From: a virus
Lineage: Duplodnaviria; Caudoviricetes
Virus record (IMG/VR): IMGVR_UViG_3300046648_000377
Span: 330-64,329 of that record
Length of the DNA stretch: 64,000 bases
Reading direction: 5' to 3' (one strand)
In this document: piece by piece, positions 30,624-40,389 of the stretch
How the letters are laid out: each line of letters opens with the position of its first letter
Numbering within the stretch: the first letter of the stretch is position 1
Made by a program: the position numbers and the translations under genes
Notes under the pieces: generated by a model
Seen by the model: only the letters and a program-made list of their open reading frames with translations
The model's database searches: none
Told to the model about the DNA's origin: nothing

Positions 30624-30872
30624 TTACGCGCTCTGCGTATGCCTCGTCAAAAAGGGACGACTCTCGTCCTTCGCCCCTTCTTTGATCGGTGGCCGCTGCC
30701 TCGCTAACGGAGCGGTCGCGGGTATCGGTACTCCAGCCTTGACGCGACTCACGTCGTCCGGACTGTCGATCACCAGGCGGGCCCGCTGTCCGGTCTTTTT
30801 CTCGAGCCGGATGCGCGTGCCGTCGCCGATGAGCAGTGTATCGCCTGGAGCGAGATCAAGGTGAAGCGACAT
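30624..30872 (-). CDS. CsrA/RsmA-fold RNA-binding protein (divergent)
   Basis: LHLDLAPGDTLLIGDGTRIRLEKKTGQRARLVIDSPDDVS aligns without gaps to the CsrA core ([40 protein letters not shown], recalled). Confidence 0.7.
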   Translation of the reverse strand: MSLHLDLAPGDTLLIGDGTRIRLEKKTGQRARLVIDSPDDVSRVKAGVPIPATAPLARQRPPIKEGAKDESRPFLTRHTQSA

Positions 30873-30877
30873 GGGCG

Positions 30878-31894
30878 TTATTCCGGCGTGCCAGAGGGCT
30901 TGCCCGAGGTCGTGGCCCCCGGCGCATCGCGCAGGTATGCCTCCACGGCGTCAGGGGTCATCTTGGCCAGGGCGAGCTCGAGGGAATTAATGTCGCTTCC
31001 GTCCAACGTGCCGTACGCGGTGTTGCCGGCCGGTCGTTCCATGGAGGCCGCCGCTGGCGCGCTGGCAAGTGTCTGCGGCACCGCCGGCGGCGTACGGCCC
31101 GCAGTCGCTGCTGCCAACGCTACCTCGGCCGCTGTTGGGCCGCCGGCAGCGGGCGCGGCTGTCGGCTTGTAGTCGAATGCTTCGAACGCGGCCTCTGCTG
31201 CGCGTGCGAGCAGCTCCTGCGAGGGAAGCTTTCCTCCGGTTTCGCGGTCGATGACCTCGATCGCCCGCTGCATCGCATCGCGACGCACCGGGTTGGCCAT
31301 GAAGGCCTTGTTGGCCTCCATCCACGCGGCCGAGGCAGTGTTGAAGTCCACGGTAGCGGCATTCGCGGCACGTGTTTGCTCTTCCTGCCAGAGCGTGAGC
31401 CGTGTGTTGAAGACGCTCTCTTCTTTGCTTAGCGCGCGGGACTGCGCCTGGAACTCACCGCTGTCGATCTCGCCGTCGTCATAGCGCTTCTGGACCGCGA
31501 GGAACTCGGCATCGAAGTCTTTCGGGGCGCTCGGCATCGCGGCCTGCGGTGGCGCAGGTGGCGCTGCCGCCGGCACGACGGGCGTCGGCACGCTGGCGGC
31601 TGCTGCCGCAGCTGCTGCGGCGGCGTTCGCGGCAGCATCGTCCGTGGCCGCGCCGCTGGCAGCGGCCGCCGGAGCACCTTCGGCCGCCGGCACGGCACCC
31701 GCGGCGGGCGGCGCTGCCGCCGCCGCTGCAGCTGCTGCGGCGGCAGCCGCGTCCGTTGCTGCTGGAGCTGCGTCAGGGTCGACCAGGGGGTTTTCACCGA
31801 TGGTTGCCAGCTGCGCGGTGAGCCGTGCTTCGTTGTCGGTGGGCGCGCCGGCGTCGATGTTGTGGGTCGGCTCGGTGTTCGTCGTGTCGTTCAT
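30878..31894 (-). CDS. capsid scaffolding protein
   Basis: Ala-rich N-terminus, helical core, located between portal and capsid genes. Confidence 0.75.
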   Translation of the reverse strand: MNDTTNTEPTHNIDAGAPTDNEARLTAQLATIGENPLVDPDAAPAATDAAAAAAAAAAAAAPPAAGAVPAAEGAPAAAASGAATDDAAANAAAAAAAAAASVPTPVVPAAAPPAPPQAAMPSAPKDFDAEFLAVQKRYDDGEIDSGEFQAQSRALSKEESVFNTRLTLWQEEQTRAANAATVDFNTASAAWMEANKAFMANPVRRDAMQRAIEVIDRETGGKLPSQELLARAAEAAFEAFDYKPTAAPAAGGPTAAEVALAAATAGRTPPAVPQTLASAPAAASMERPAGNTAYGTLDGSDINSLELALAKMTPDAVEAYLRDAPGATTSGKPSGTPE

Positions 31895-31901
31895 ATGGTC
31901 C

Positions 31902-34088
31902 TCACTGGATGGGAGCGGCGGGTGCTGCCGCCTGTGGGTCGTACAGACGGTCCGCCGCGGGAGCGAGCGGCGCCAACGCATGGAGCATTCCAGCGGTCTG
32001 AAGGGCTTGCGTCTTACCTTCCACCGTCGTGCTCCGCGCGGTTGCTTCGGCAGCCGACGCGCGTGCGTTGTCGAGCCTGGTCTTTGCCTGCTGGGCCTCG
32101 GTCGCGGTCTGCTCCTGTGCCTGCTTCGCGGCATCTGCGGCCTGCTGCGCCCGCAGGGCCTCTGGGCTGTTCTCCAGGCCGGGTGCCGTCTGGCCATTGA
32201 TCTGGCGGATTCGGTTGACGAGGGCCTGCTTGTTCGGAATGTCCGTGAGGTCGACGGCCATATCGAGCATCTGCACACCGACGTCGGGTGGCATGCGGCC
32301 GATGAGTTCGAACAACGACTCGGCCATGGCCATACGAACCGTCTCGCGATAGTCGGTCTGATCGATGACGAAGTCGGCCTCGCTGTCCGTGATGTCGTTG
32401 TTCCAGGTCACGTCGCCCGTCGCGTGGTTGTACTGCGGGCTGTTAATGGAAAAGAACTTGATCGCCCCATCTGCGCCGGCGATGCGAACGACCTTCGGCA
32501 GCGATAAGAACTTCTCGCAGTTGCTGAGCGTCTTCTGCCCGGACTCCTGGATGGCCTGGCGGAAGTTGTCGAAGAGTTCCGCAGTCGTGACGCTGCCCTG
32601 CTGCTGCTTGGCGAGGATCGCCCTGCCGCTCTGGTCGCTGCTGGCGCCCTGGCCCGTGTTCTCGCGTGTGACGCCACTCGCTTCGTAGATGTTGCCCTTC
32701 GATTCGGCGAGCATCGCGATCTGGCCGGTCATCGCGTCGAGGGCGCGATCGATCTTGAACTTCTCCATACCGTTCGGCGCCAAGCGGATCTCGCCATCCG
32801 GTCGCTTCGCCTCCTCGAGGTTGCGATCCTCGTCCGCCTCCTCCATCGCCCCGGTCTCGTAGATGACGCGCGTAGTCGACAGGTCGAACAGGATCTTCGA
32901 GCGGCGCTTGTTGTACTCGTCCTGGGCATCACGAGCTGGCCGGATGAGGCCGTAAGGCATGCCGTCCCGGTGACGGCGATACGCCCAGGTCGGGGTGAAT
33001 GGAAAGCGCTTGTGCTTGTAGGGCGACTTGTTCAGGCGCAGCAGCGTGCCAGGCGTCCAGAGGGCGAACCACATTTCCTCGGTTACGCTGTCGACCAGGC
33101 TGACGACGCCGGTGGAGAGAGCGTCCTGCATGACGGCATTCTTCGGGTCGAACGGCAGGCCATTAAGGTCGCTGGCGCTATCGCCCAAGACGAGCGGCGT
33201 ATTCACGGCACGCTTGAACCAGGTCTCGAGGCAGAGCACGCGCTTGCGCGCCCGACGAAACATGCTGCTCGACCCGTAGAGGTTGAACGAGCCAGAGTTG
33301 GCGGTGCGGTCTGACGAGAAGGGCGCCGGTGCGCCAAAGAACATCTGCGGTACCGACGACTCCATGATCAACGACTCCATCGGGGAGTCGAGAGTGTCGA
33401 TCGCGTGCTTGTCCAGCTCGGCGGCACGATCGGGCCACATAGCGATGGCGTAGTCGAGGTCGATCCACTTGGCGCGGGTCATGTACCGGCAGTCGCGCAT
33501 GACGTTGCTACGACTGTACGGATCCCACCACATGCCCTTCCAGTCCTGGTGGCGGACCGTGATGGCCTCCTCGGACTTGTCGTTGTTGTAGCACTCCTCG
33601 GTCCAGCCGATGCCAACCTTCGCCGCATCGGCGAACTGCGCGCTACGCTCCCAGCCGGCGCCGTTCACGTCGGAGATCCACTTCAGGACATCCTTCTTCA
33701 CCGCGGCAATGTCGACGTCCTGATCGGCCCGGGGCAGAACGTCCCAGTCGATACGCGTGCGGCGTTCGGTACCGATCACCCAGTCAACCATCTGTTTGAT
33801 GATCGGGAAGGTGAGCGGCGCCTGGCCACGCTCGAGGAGGACCTGGGCATCTTCAGCGCGCCATTGGATCGAGTCGTAGTAGTCCGCGTCGATGAGCTGC
33901 TCGCGACGACTGTCGGCGTGCTGGTCACGCGCCTCGGTCCACCAGTCTTCAAGGCGGCGGAGGATCCGCGTCCCTTCGTCGGTGTCAAGGTAGTGTGTCG
34001 GCGGGTTGTCCGCAGGATCAGCCGGCTGAAGCGCGCCGAACCCGTCGCCGTTATTCTGACCATGAACGTCAAGCATGCCCGTTGCCAT
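31902..34088 (-). CDS. portal protein
   Basis: DADYYDSIQW..ERGQAPL, KVGIGW, QDEYNKRRSK, SGRAILAKQQQG. Confidence 0.9.
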   Translation of the reverse strand: MATGMLDVHGQNNGDGFGALQPADPADNPPTHYLDTDEGTRILRRLEDWWTEARDQHADSRREQLIDADYYDSIQWRAEDAQVLLERGQAPLTFPIIKQMVDWVIGTERRTRIDWDVLPRADQDVDIAAVKKDVLKWISDVNGAGWERSAQFADAAKVGIGWTEECYNNDKSEEAITVRHQDWKGMWWDPYSRSNVMRDCRYMTRAKWIDLDYAIAMWPDRAAELDKHAIDTLDSPMESLIMESSVPQMFFGAPAPFSSDRTANSGSFNLYGSSSMFRRARKRVLCLETWFKRAVNTPLVLGDSASDLNGLPFDPKNAVMQDALSTGVVSLVDSVTEEMWFALWTPGTLLRLNKSPYKHKRFPFTPTWAYRRHRDGMPYGLIRPARDAQDEYNKRRSKILFDLSTTRVIYETGAMEEADEDRNLEEAKRPDGEIRLAPNGMEKFKIDRALDAMTGQIAMLAESKGNIYEASGVTRENTGQGASSDQSGRAILAKQQQGSVTTAELFDNFRQAIQESGQKTLSNCEKFLSLPKVVRIAGADGAIKFFSINSPQYNHATGDVTWNNDITDSEADFVIDQTDYRETVRMAMAESLFELIGRMPPDVGVQMLDMAVDLTDIPNKQALVNRIRQINGQTAPGLENSPEALRAQQAADAAKQAQEQTATEAQQAKTRLDNARASAAEATARSTTVEGKTQALQTAGMLHALAPLAPAADRLYDPQAAAPAAPIQ

Positions 34089-34564
34089 CAGCCCACCGTC
34101 CTTTTGCCATTCACTTCGACGAAGAAATCGAGCCCTTCCTGAGCGCAGCCTTCCATGAACGCGTCCATGCTCTTGTCCTTGTAGAGGTCCGGATCGGGTG
34201 GCGACTTGCGCAGATCGCCGAGGTAATCCATCACGGCATCCATCACCCGGAACAAGTCGTCCTTGGTCACGAAGCCGTACAGCTGCTGGGCAAGGGGCGG
34301 GATCATCAGGTGTATGGCGTTGTGCTCCGCGTACTGCCACATCATCGACAGCGGAATGAACACACCCTTCCCCGGGTCGTTGCGCCTGAGGAAGAGGGCC
34401 GCCTGTCGGCCGTGGCCAGTACCGAAGTTCCCGTAGTGGAGTTCGACGGTCAGGTCGCCCTTCTTACCGACGTGGCTATGCCTGGACGTGACGTGGTTGA
34501 CGCCGGCGTTGTTGCCGGCGCCGGGCGTCATTGCGTAAGCGAAGCTCTCCCGCTTCATCGGCAT
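34088..34564 (-). CDS. hypothetical protein
   Basis: 158 aa, TGATG overlaps on both sides. Confidence 0.7.
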   Translation of the reverse strand: MPMKRESFAYAMTPGAGNNAGVNHVTSRHSHVGKKGDLTVELHYGNFGTGHGRQAALFLRRNDPGKGVFIPLSMMWQYAEHNAIHLMIPPLAQQLYGFVTKDDLFRVMDAVMDYLGDLRKSPPDPDLYKDKSMDAFMEGCAQEGLDFFVEVNGKRTVG

Positions 34565-34827
34565 CAGACCCGAGGCGGCCAGTACGCGACGGGATTCGCG
34601 CCGTCGTACGCCGCCAAGGCCTCGGCCTCGGTGTCGTACAGCATCACGCTGCCGATGTGCTGCGCACCGGCGAGGTCCAGCTGCGCCGTGCAGTTGACCA
34701 TCACCGGCTCTGCGAGGGTGTCCTTGTCGGACCACGACCGGGTGATGATCGCCGGCGCGAGGTCGGTGCCGTTGCTGGTTACGACCTTGCCCTTCACGAT
34801 GATGATGCGACCGATCGAGCCCTTCAT
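34564..34827 (-). CDS. hypothetical protein
   Basis: 87 aa, SIGRII..PAIITR..WPPRV small phage family. Confidence 0.7.
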   Translation of the reverse strand: MKGSIGRIIIVKGKVVTSNGTDLAPAIITRSWSDKDTLAEPVMVNCTAQLDLAGAQHIGSVMLYDTEAEALAAYDGANPVAYWPPRV

Positions 34828-35681
34828 GCCTGCGTCTCCTGGGCTGCCGCAACAGGCACCGGTGCGGTGGCAAGCGCGCGGGCGATCCGCTGGAGGAGCA
34901 CGTCGTCGAGCTGATCCATCAAGCTCGCCTGGCGGCGGAGCAACGCTTCGTCCGTATCCGTGGGAGCGCCGTGCCCGTCCAGAAACGCGTTGAGCTTGAC
35001 CACGCGGGCCGCGAGCTCGGCTTGCTCGGCGCGCAGCCGGTCAAGCCACGTGTCCGCCGGCGGATCCTCGGCCTTCTTGCCGAAGCTGAAGACGTGTTCA
35101 AGCATCGCCTTCGCTTGCGGCCACGAGAGCAAATGAGTTCCGTAGCTCTGGGATCCCGGAACCACATCCGGGTGGACGTCTTCGGGCAGCGGATACTGCA
35201 GGAACGCCGTAACGTGCTCGTCGGTGACGGCGGTGGGCGCCACGGGCGTAGGCGGTGCAGCCTGCGCGGGATCGGCTGCCACTTCGTTCGTCGACGCGGG
35301 CTCCGCCTCCACGAGCTCAGCGCCGACCGTGCCGGCGGCATCGTCCGCCACCGTTGGCGCTGCCGCATCGACAGCAACCGGCTGCGGATCCACGCTCAGC
35401 TGTGATCCGGCCGCAAGCTGCTTGTAGAGGGCGTAACCCTCGAACTGCCAGAGCTTGCCAAGGATCTTGGGCTCCAGGCTCTGCGCGGCGTAGTCCTTGC
35501 CCTTCTCGGCGTCGAAGTTCGCCGGGTCCACGCAGGCGCTATGCCCGGTGTCCAGGTAGAAGCGGCCGTCGAGGAACGCGTGCGCAAACGTCGAGGTAGT
35601 CCCTTCCGGGTTGGTGAAAACGATCGTGACGCGAGCACGTAGGGCTGCGATCTGGTCCTGCGTAACGCTGTTCTGGTTCAT
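34824..35681 (-). CDS. three-domain fusion: Gp49/66-like + unknown + crAss001_48-like helical domain (candidate signal sponge)
   Basis: GHSACVDPANFDAEKG..LWQFEGY; FLQYPLPED..GTHLLSWPQAKAMLEHV; WLDRLRAEQAELAARVVKLNAFL..LLRRQ..M..L..RI. Confidence 0.7.
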   Translation of the reverse strand: MNQNSVTQDQIAALRARVTIVFTNPEGTTSTFAHAFLDGRFYLDTGHSACVDPANFDAEKGKDYAAQSLEPKILGKLWQFEGYALYKQLAAGSQLSVDPQPVAVDAAAPTVADDAAGTVGAELVEAEPASTNEVAADPAQAAPPTPVAPTAVTDEHVTAFLQYPLPEDVHPDVVPGSQSYGTHLLSWPQAKAMLEHVFSFGKKAEDPPADTWLDRLRAEQAELAARVVKLNAFLDGHGAPTDTDEALLRRQASLMDQLDDVLLQRIARALATAPVPVAAAQETQA

Positions 35682-35878
35682 GCTTCCTTCTCCTGCTTAG
35701 AAAACTGGACGTTGAACGCACGCTCGCTGTCGATCGTGATGTTCCGCTGGACCATGGCCTGGACGTCGTTGTCGTTCAGGCCATATAGGCCGGCGCAGAT
35801 GCACGTGGCGAGGTTGCTGAAGCGGAGCGCGCCCTCTCGGGCACCGGGCTGGTTCGCCGGTTGGTTAACGTGGTTCAT
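35678..35878 (-). CDS. hypothetical protein
   Basis: 66 aa, ATGA overlap with terL stop. Confidence 0.6.
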   Translation of the reverse strand: MNHVNQPANQPGAREGALRFSNLATCICAGLYGLNDNDVQAMVQRNITIDSERAFNVQFSKQEKEA

Positions 35879-37473
35879 GAGGTTCTCCAATTGCGCTCGC
35901 GCCGGTCGTACCGGCGCTGGGTTGTCGAGGCGTCGTTGACGCCGTTCATGGGATGGCCTTGGGAGAACTGTCGGAAGGCATCGGCAGCGTTGGACGCCCA
36001 GTCATGCAGGGGATGGTCGTGCCAGACCTCGAGCTTCTCGTTCCAGTCCTTGCGGTAGCTCATGAGTGCCGGCAGGCCGCCGCGGCCCGACCCGGGAGGA
36101 CTCTCGCCGCAGCGTGTGCGATCGAAGCGGCAGCGCGACAGGGACTGGCGAACCATGTCGATGCCATCCTGCAGGTTGTCGATCCGTTCGACGAGGACGA
36201 CCTTGCCCGGTAGCAGATCCTGCAGGACCTGCAGGCGCGTCTTGTTTCCGGTACCGGCCCACTCGATGTTGATGCCGTCGTGCGGCAGGTAGTGCTTCCC
36301 GTAGATGTATCGCTTCTCGCGCATGATCCGCACGTAGTGTTCGGCCTGCTCGCCTGACATCTCGTAGAAGTCGATGAAGTGGTGCCACGCGCCGACCTGC
36401 TGGTGGAACCAAATGTCGGTGGAGTCGGAGCGGCCGATGTCCCAGAAGGTGTTGACGGGGATGCCAGGGATGATCGGCAGGTCGGTGACCCGGCCTTCCT
36501 TCATGGCCTTGGCGATCTCCTTGGCGTAGTAAGCGCCCTCGATCGCCTGCTCGAAGGCTTCCTCGGGCGTCGACGGGTGCTCCTGCTTCATCTTGTCGCC
36601 CTGCTCCTCCGACTTCTTCGCGTACCAGGCACGCTTTCGGTCGGAGAGGACGATCCCGCTTTCGTTCTCGAGCTTCGTGAAGTATTCGAGGATCTCGGTA
36701 CCGAAGGTCACGCCCTCCGGGTCCAGCTCGTTGATCGGATCCTCGAACCAGCCGAAGAAGTTGAAGCGGTAGTCGAGCTTTGTCAGGACCGCAGTGCCCG
36801 CCTTCACCATGGCGTCCAGCTGGATCGAGCGCTGGACCATCTGGTAGAAGTCGCCGATGCGGCCGTGCGCCGTGGACTCGATCGTGACCAGGGCATCAGG
36901 CGAGACCGTGTTCAAGGCACCGGACTTCACCTCGGACGCGCGCAGCGGATAGAACGCGCACATCGGGCCGTACTCAGATATGTGCAGGAACTGCAGCGTG
37001 CCCGAGCGGTGGGACAGCGAGACGTAGAGCTTCGATCCGTTGGAGAATTCGAGCTCGCCACCCATGTCCCGCTTGACGATGCGCCTGGCTGCCTTCAGCC
37101 AGTCCGGCAGACGGTCGTACGCGAACAGGATCTTGCCCTGGAACACCTTCTCAGCATCGCCCTGCTTGTGCATGACGAGGCCGCACGTCGTGTTCGACCG
37201 GAACAGCGCCGTGTCTAGGGCGAGGATCGCGGCCATGGTGGTGATGCCGTGCTGGCGGCTCTTCAGCACCATGTTCCGGTTATGGAACCCCGCGAGAAAC
37301 AACTCCTGCACGGTGTTCGGCTTGAACATGACGACGTCGCCGTTCTTGTCGACGATCTTGTAGAGATTGCGCAGTCGCCAGTCGCGATCGGCGAGGAGCG
37401 CCATCAGGCGCGCCTGGGCATCAGCCCGGGCCGCGGCCTCGTCGTCAAGGTCGATGCGCTCAACTACCGCCAT
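35875..37473 (-). CDS. terL: terminase large subunit
   Basis: LKSRQHGITT Walker A-like, LHISEYG Walker B, IESTA, FWDIGRSDST nuclease motif, HDWASNAADAFR. Confidence 0.95.
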   Translation of the reverse strand: MAVVERIDLDDEAAARADAQARLMALLADRDWRLRNLYKIVDKNGDVVMFKPNTVQELFLAGFHNRNMVLKSRQHGITTMAAILALDTALFRSNTTCGLVMHKQGDAEKVFQGKILFAYDRLPDWLKAARRIVKRDMGGELEFSNGSKLYVSLSHRSGTLQFLHISEYGPMCAFYPLRASEVKSGALNTVSPDALVTIESTAHGRIGDFYQMVQRSIQLDAMVKAGTAVLTKLDYRFNFFGWFEDPINELDPEGVTFGTEILEYFTKLENESGIVLSDRKRAWYAKKSEEQGDKMKQEHPSTPEEAFEQAIEGAYYAKEIAKAMKEGRVTDLPIIPGIPVNTFWDIGRSDSTDIWFHQQVGAWHHFIDFYEMSGEQAEHYVRIMREKRYIYGKHYLPHDGINIEWAGTGNKTRLQVLQDLLPGKVVLVERIDNLQDGIDMVRQSLSRCRFDRTRCGESPPGSGRGGLPALMSYRKDWNEKLEVWHDHPLHDWASNAADAFRQFSQGHPMNGVNDASTTQRRYDRRERNWRTS

Positions 37474-38281
37474 TGCCGCCTGGCCTCGGTAAGCCTGTAC
37501 CGGCGCCATCGATCGCGGCGAGTATGTCGTTCATCGAATGCTCAACGGGGCCGCCGTCCTTGCCGGTCAGCTCGAGGCGTTCCTTGAATACACCCATGTG
37601 CTTACCGACGTTGGCGCGCGCCTCGGTCTGGCTATGCATCTTGATTTCGAGTCCGTGCTGCGTCGTCTTGACGCCGGCATACAGCCGAAGCGCGCTGGGG
37701 GACAGGTCGCGGGTGTCCTTGGCGATGACGCGCTCGACCCCGTCGCCGAAGCACTCGGGACAGTCGGGATTGGGATCGTTCTTCGGGTTGTAGCCGATGC
37801 CACCCTGCTCACTGAACTTGCGCGGCTTCTTGCCGTCGGCAACGAGCGCCCTGTTGTCCTCGGCGTTGCGGGCCCTCGCCTCTTCCAACTCGCGCGGCGT
37901 CGACTGGAACTTGTTTCCCTTTCCCCAGCAGTAGCGGCAGCATGAGCGGTGCAGCTCAATGAGCTCGCGGGGATCCGCCTCGGCGATCGCCCAGAAGCCT
38001 TTCACGACCTCGTCAGCGGTGATTCCGAGCTTGTCCATGCGCTCCGTCATCTTCGCCTGAACCTTCTCCTGCACCTCGGACGTGGCCAGCAGCTCGGAAG
38101 CCGTCTGTCGGGCTGACTGCGCGCTGTAGCCCGCCCGGATCGCCGCCTGCCTGCCGTTGAGGTCGACCAGGTACTCGGCCACGAACACGTCCACGCGGTT
38201 GACGCCGTGCACCGCCTTGCCAGCAGCCTTCTTGGCTGCCGGCTTGCTCTTCTTCGTGGTCTTGGCGGGGGATCGAGGCAT
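37460..38281 (-). CDS. terS: terminase small subunit
   Basis: FVAEYLVDLNGRQAAIRAGYS, internal CRYCWG/CPECFGDG, ELTGKDGGP. Confidence 0.92.
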   Translation of the reverse strand: MPRSPAKTTKKSKPAAKKAAGKAVHGVNRVDVFVAEYLVDLNGRQAAIRAGYSAQSARQTASELLATSEVQEKVQAKMTERMDKLGITADEVVKGFWAIAEADPRELIELHRSCCRYCWGKGNKFQSTPRELEEARARNAEDNRALVADGKKPRKFSEQGGIGYNPKNDPNPDCPECFGDGVERVIAKDTRDLSPSALRLYAGVKTTQHGLEIKMHSQTEARANVGKHMGVFKERLELTGKDGGPVEHSMNDILAAIDGAGTGLPRPGGNGGS

Positions 38282-38297
38282 GTTCGGAAATGTCAGG

Positions 38298-38819
38298 TCA
38301 GCCAGCCGGCTGCGCGCCCACGTCCGAGGCCGCTATCACGATGTCGGCGGTACCGTCGAATGCATGACCAGCGATCTGCCGCGCGGTCGCCAGCTTCGTT
38401 GCCGCAGCTGCTGTGCCTCCGGTTGCCAGCGCGCCAACTCCCGCCGCGGTGATCGCGATATTCGCTGTGCCGTCGAACCCGACGCCGGCGATGGTTCGAA
38501 CCGTGGCGAGTTTCGTAGCTGCTGCCGCCGTTCCGTTCGTCCCGAGCTTCGTCGCCAGGCCATCGGTCAGTGCCTGCGTCGACGCCTTCGCATCGAGGGC
38601 AGATTGCAGGCCGGCAACATCGGCGATCTGCAGATCGACGGGCGCGCCGCCTGCTCCGTCGGGAACACCTTCAATGACCGCCTGCACCAGCTTTCCGTTG
38701 AAAGCGATGGGCTGGCCAAATGGCTGCCACCCTGCGGTGATCGCGTTAGAGACTGCGAGGCTCAACCCGTCTGGGTAAGCGGAATCGGCTGTTACGAGCT
38801 TGTATGCCGTGATGCTCAT
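38298..38819 (-). CDS. DUF1737-like domain plus tail-fiber repeats
   Basis: GWQPFGQP N-domain; two copies of GTAAAATKLATxRxIAGxxFDGTA(N/D)I. Confidence 0.7.
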   Translation of the reverse strand: MSITAYKLVTADSAYPDGLSLAVSNAITAGWQPFGQPIAFNGKLVQAVIEGVPDGAGGAPVDLQIADVAGLQSALDAKASTQALTDGLATKLGTNGTAAAATKLATVRTIAGVGFDGTANIAITAAGVGALATGGTAAAATKLATARQIAGHAFDGTADIVIAASDVGAQPAG

Positions 38820-38838
38820 CGTGTTACTCCATCAGTGG

Positions 38839-39144
38839 TCAGCGTGCGCAGCGAATGGCTTGGGCGCGGATGGTCTGGTAGGCCTCGGAGTCGGACGCCT
38901 TCAGGTCCAGCAAGGTCTGAGCGCGGCCATGCGGCGAAAGCGTCTGGTAGTTGTCTGGCAGGCCGGCCAGTTCGGGTGCGAAACCCTCGAACGACGCTTT
39001 GAGGCATTCAGCGGGAGGTGGCACTGGCGGGATCACCGGTGGATCGATGAGCCGAACCCGCGGCGTTGTACAGGCGGATAAAGTCGTCGCTGCCGACAGG
39101 ATCAGGACAGACGCCAGCGCTCGCCGGCGGATCGAAGCGAGCAT
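38839..39144 (-). CDS. outer-membrane spanin (Rz1-like lipoprotein)
   Basis: Lipobox LSAC, Pro-rich, overlaps the i-spanin 3' end in another frame. Confidence 0.7.
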   Translation of the reverse strand: MLASIRRRALASVLILSAATTLSACTTPRVRLIDPPVIPPVPPPAECLKASFEGFAPELAGLPDNYQTLSPHGRAQTLLDLKASDSEAYQTIRAQAIRCAR

Positions 39145-39409
39145 TAGAGATCTCCAGACGGATATCGGTCATGGCGGCATGGATGCCGGCCTGGTCTTTC
39201 TGCAGGGCGAACGTGTTGCCCTGTTCCCGTGTCAGGTCGCCCTGGCGCTGGGCGAGACCCTTGTTCACGGTGTCCGTGATCGCATCGGTTCGAGCGTCGG
39301 CCGCGACAGCTTCCGCCTTCGAGCTGCTGGAACCGCCGGCGCGCCAACCGATGAAGATGCCCAGGGCAAACGCCACGAGGACCGCGGCCAAGATCGTCGC
39401 GGGTTTCAT
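39008..39409 (-). CDS. inner-membrane spanin (Rz-like)
   Basis: N-terminal TM, periplasmic helix, follows endolysin with ATGA overlap. Confidence 0.75.
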   Translation of the reverse strand: MKPATILAAVLVAFALGIFIGWRAGGSSSSKAEAVAADARTDAITDTVNKGLAQRQGDLTREQGNTFALQKDQAGIHAAMTDIRLEISNARFDPPASAGVCPDPVGSDDFIRLYNAAGSAHRSTGDPASATSR

Positions 39410-39906
39410 GGCTGATCTCCCGTGCAAAGCGAGTATTCCCACTCACGACGATCGGGTATGCCTGGGCAGCCGCTCGAAGCAATACGGCAATCCTTGCCGC
39501 CAGCGCGGTACCACAGCGGAATCTGGGCGCAGGCGCGCTTGTTCTCGCCCGCGTTGAGCAGGCGAGCAGCCGTCGAGTTGCAGAAGTTGGCAGTGCCGAC
39601 GTTGTAGGCGAAGTCGCCCCAGGCCCTGATCTCGTGGAACTCGAGCTCGGTGTGAACACACCCACCCATGTGCCCGAGCATCTTCGTGACGTAGGCCGCT
39701 TCGAGCCCATCGCACTCAGCCTTGGTGTACGTCTTGCCGGGGATGACATCGGGGCCGGTGATGCCGGCGCAGACGGTCCACACGTGACCGAGCTTGTCCC
39801 AATACGGGACATACTTTCGTCCCTCATGCGCAGGGAGCGAGGCGACGATGGCCATGACCAGCGCGACCCCAGCAGCGGCGAACGATGTCTTCCCCACCTT
39901 AGCCAT
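39406..39906 (-). CDS. SAR endolysin (GH24 lysozyme)
   Basis: Ala-rich N-terminal SAR helix; HEG..YWDKLGHVWTVCAG E-D-T triad; FAYNVG; RREWE. Confidence 0.92.
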   Translation of the reverse strand: MAKVGKTSFAAAGVALVMAIVASLPAHEGRKYVPYWDKLGHVWTVCAGITGPDVIPGKTYTKAECDGLEAAYVTKMLGHMGGCVHTELEFHEIRAWGDFAYNVGTANFCNSTAARLLNAGENKRACAQIPLWYRAGGKDCRIASSGCPGIPDRREWEYSLCTGDQP

Positions 39907-40132
39907 CGACCTTCGGCCTCCTGGTTACGACGCGGCCGATGAAGGTGGCCACCGAGACCACGGCGCCGGCGATGAATACCCACCGAAGCGGGACAATGCC
40001 CACGAGGGGTAGCGCCAACTTCATGCCGCCTGCGACGCACGCGAGTACGGTGTGTGTAGACGTGGACACCGCACTCAGCTGCACGGAGGCCCATTTCCAG
40101 GCGCTGCGCCAATCGTCGACCAGCTTGATCAT
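39899..40132 (-). CDS. holin
   Basis: MIKLVDDWRSAWKWASVQL, two hydrophobic segments, basic C-terminus, precedes endolysin. Confidence 0.75.
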   Translation of the reverse strand: MIKLVDDWRSAWKWASVQLSAVSTSTHTVLACVAGGMKLALPLVGIVPLRWVFIAGAVVSVATFIGRVVTRRPKVDG

Positions 40133-40389
40133 TGCGTCTCCCCGTCCTGGTTAATGCCGAGCAGCTGTTCGAGCTTCACGGCGTATGCCTTCCAGTCCGC
40201 CGCGTTCTTGCTGGTAGACGGCTTGGACTTCGCAACCGTCGGCGCGGGCGCCTGGCACACCGGGACGGGCAACTCCACGTTGACGGTCGCGCTTGGCGTC
40301 GGCTTCGTCGGTGCCGGGGCCTTCGGCGGGGCGGCCGCGCATGCGGACACGAGCGCCAGCATCAGCAGGGCGACTGGGCGGCGAGTCAC
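40129..40389 (-). CDS. lipoprotein in lysis cassette
   Basis: Lipobox VSAC, Pro-rich linker, C-terminal helix. Confidence 0.7.
   Translation of the reverse strand: MTRRPVALLMLALVSACAAAPPKAPAPTKPTPSATVNVELPVPVCQAPAPTVAKSKPSTSKNAADWKAYAVKLEQLLGINQDGETQ

Noticed and set aside
36061-36070. 10-nt match CATGAGTGCC to the leader motif in reverse orientation
   Set aside because: Lies inside terL coding sequence (PALMS), not near a start codon; likely chance
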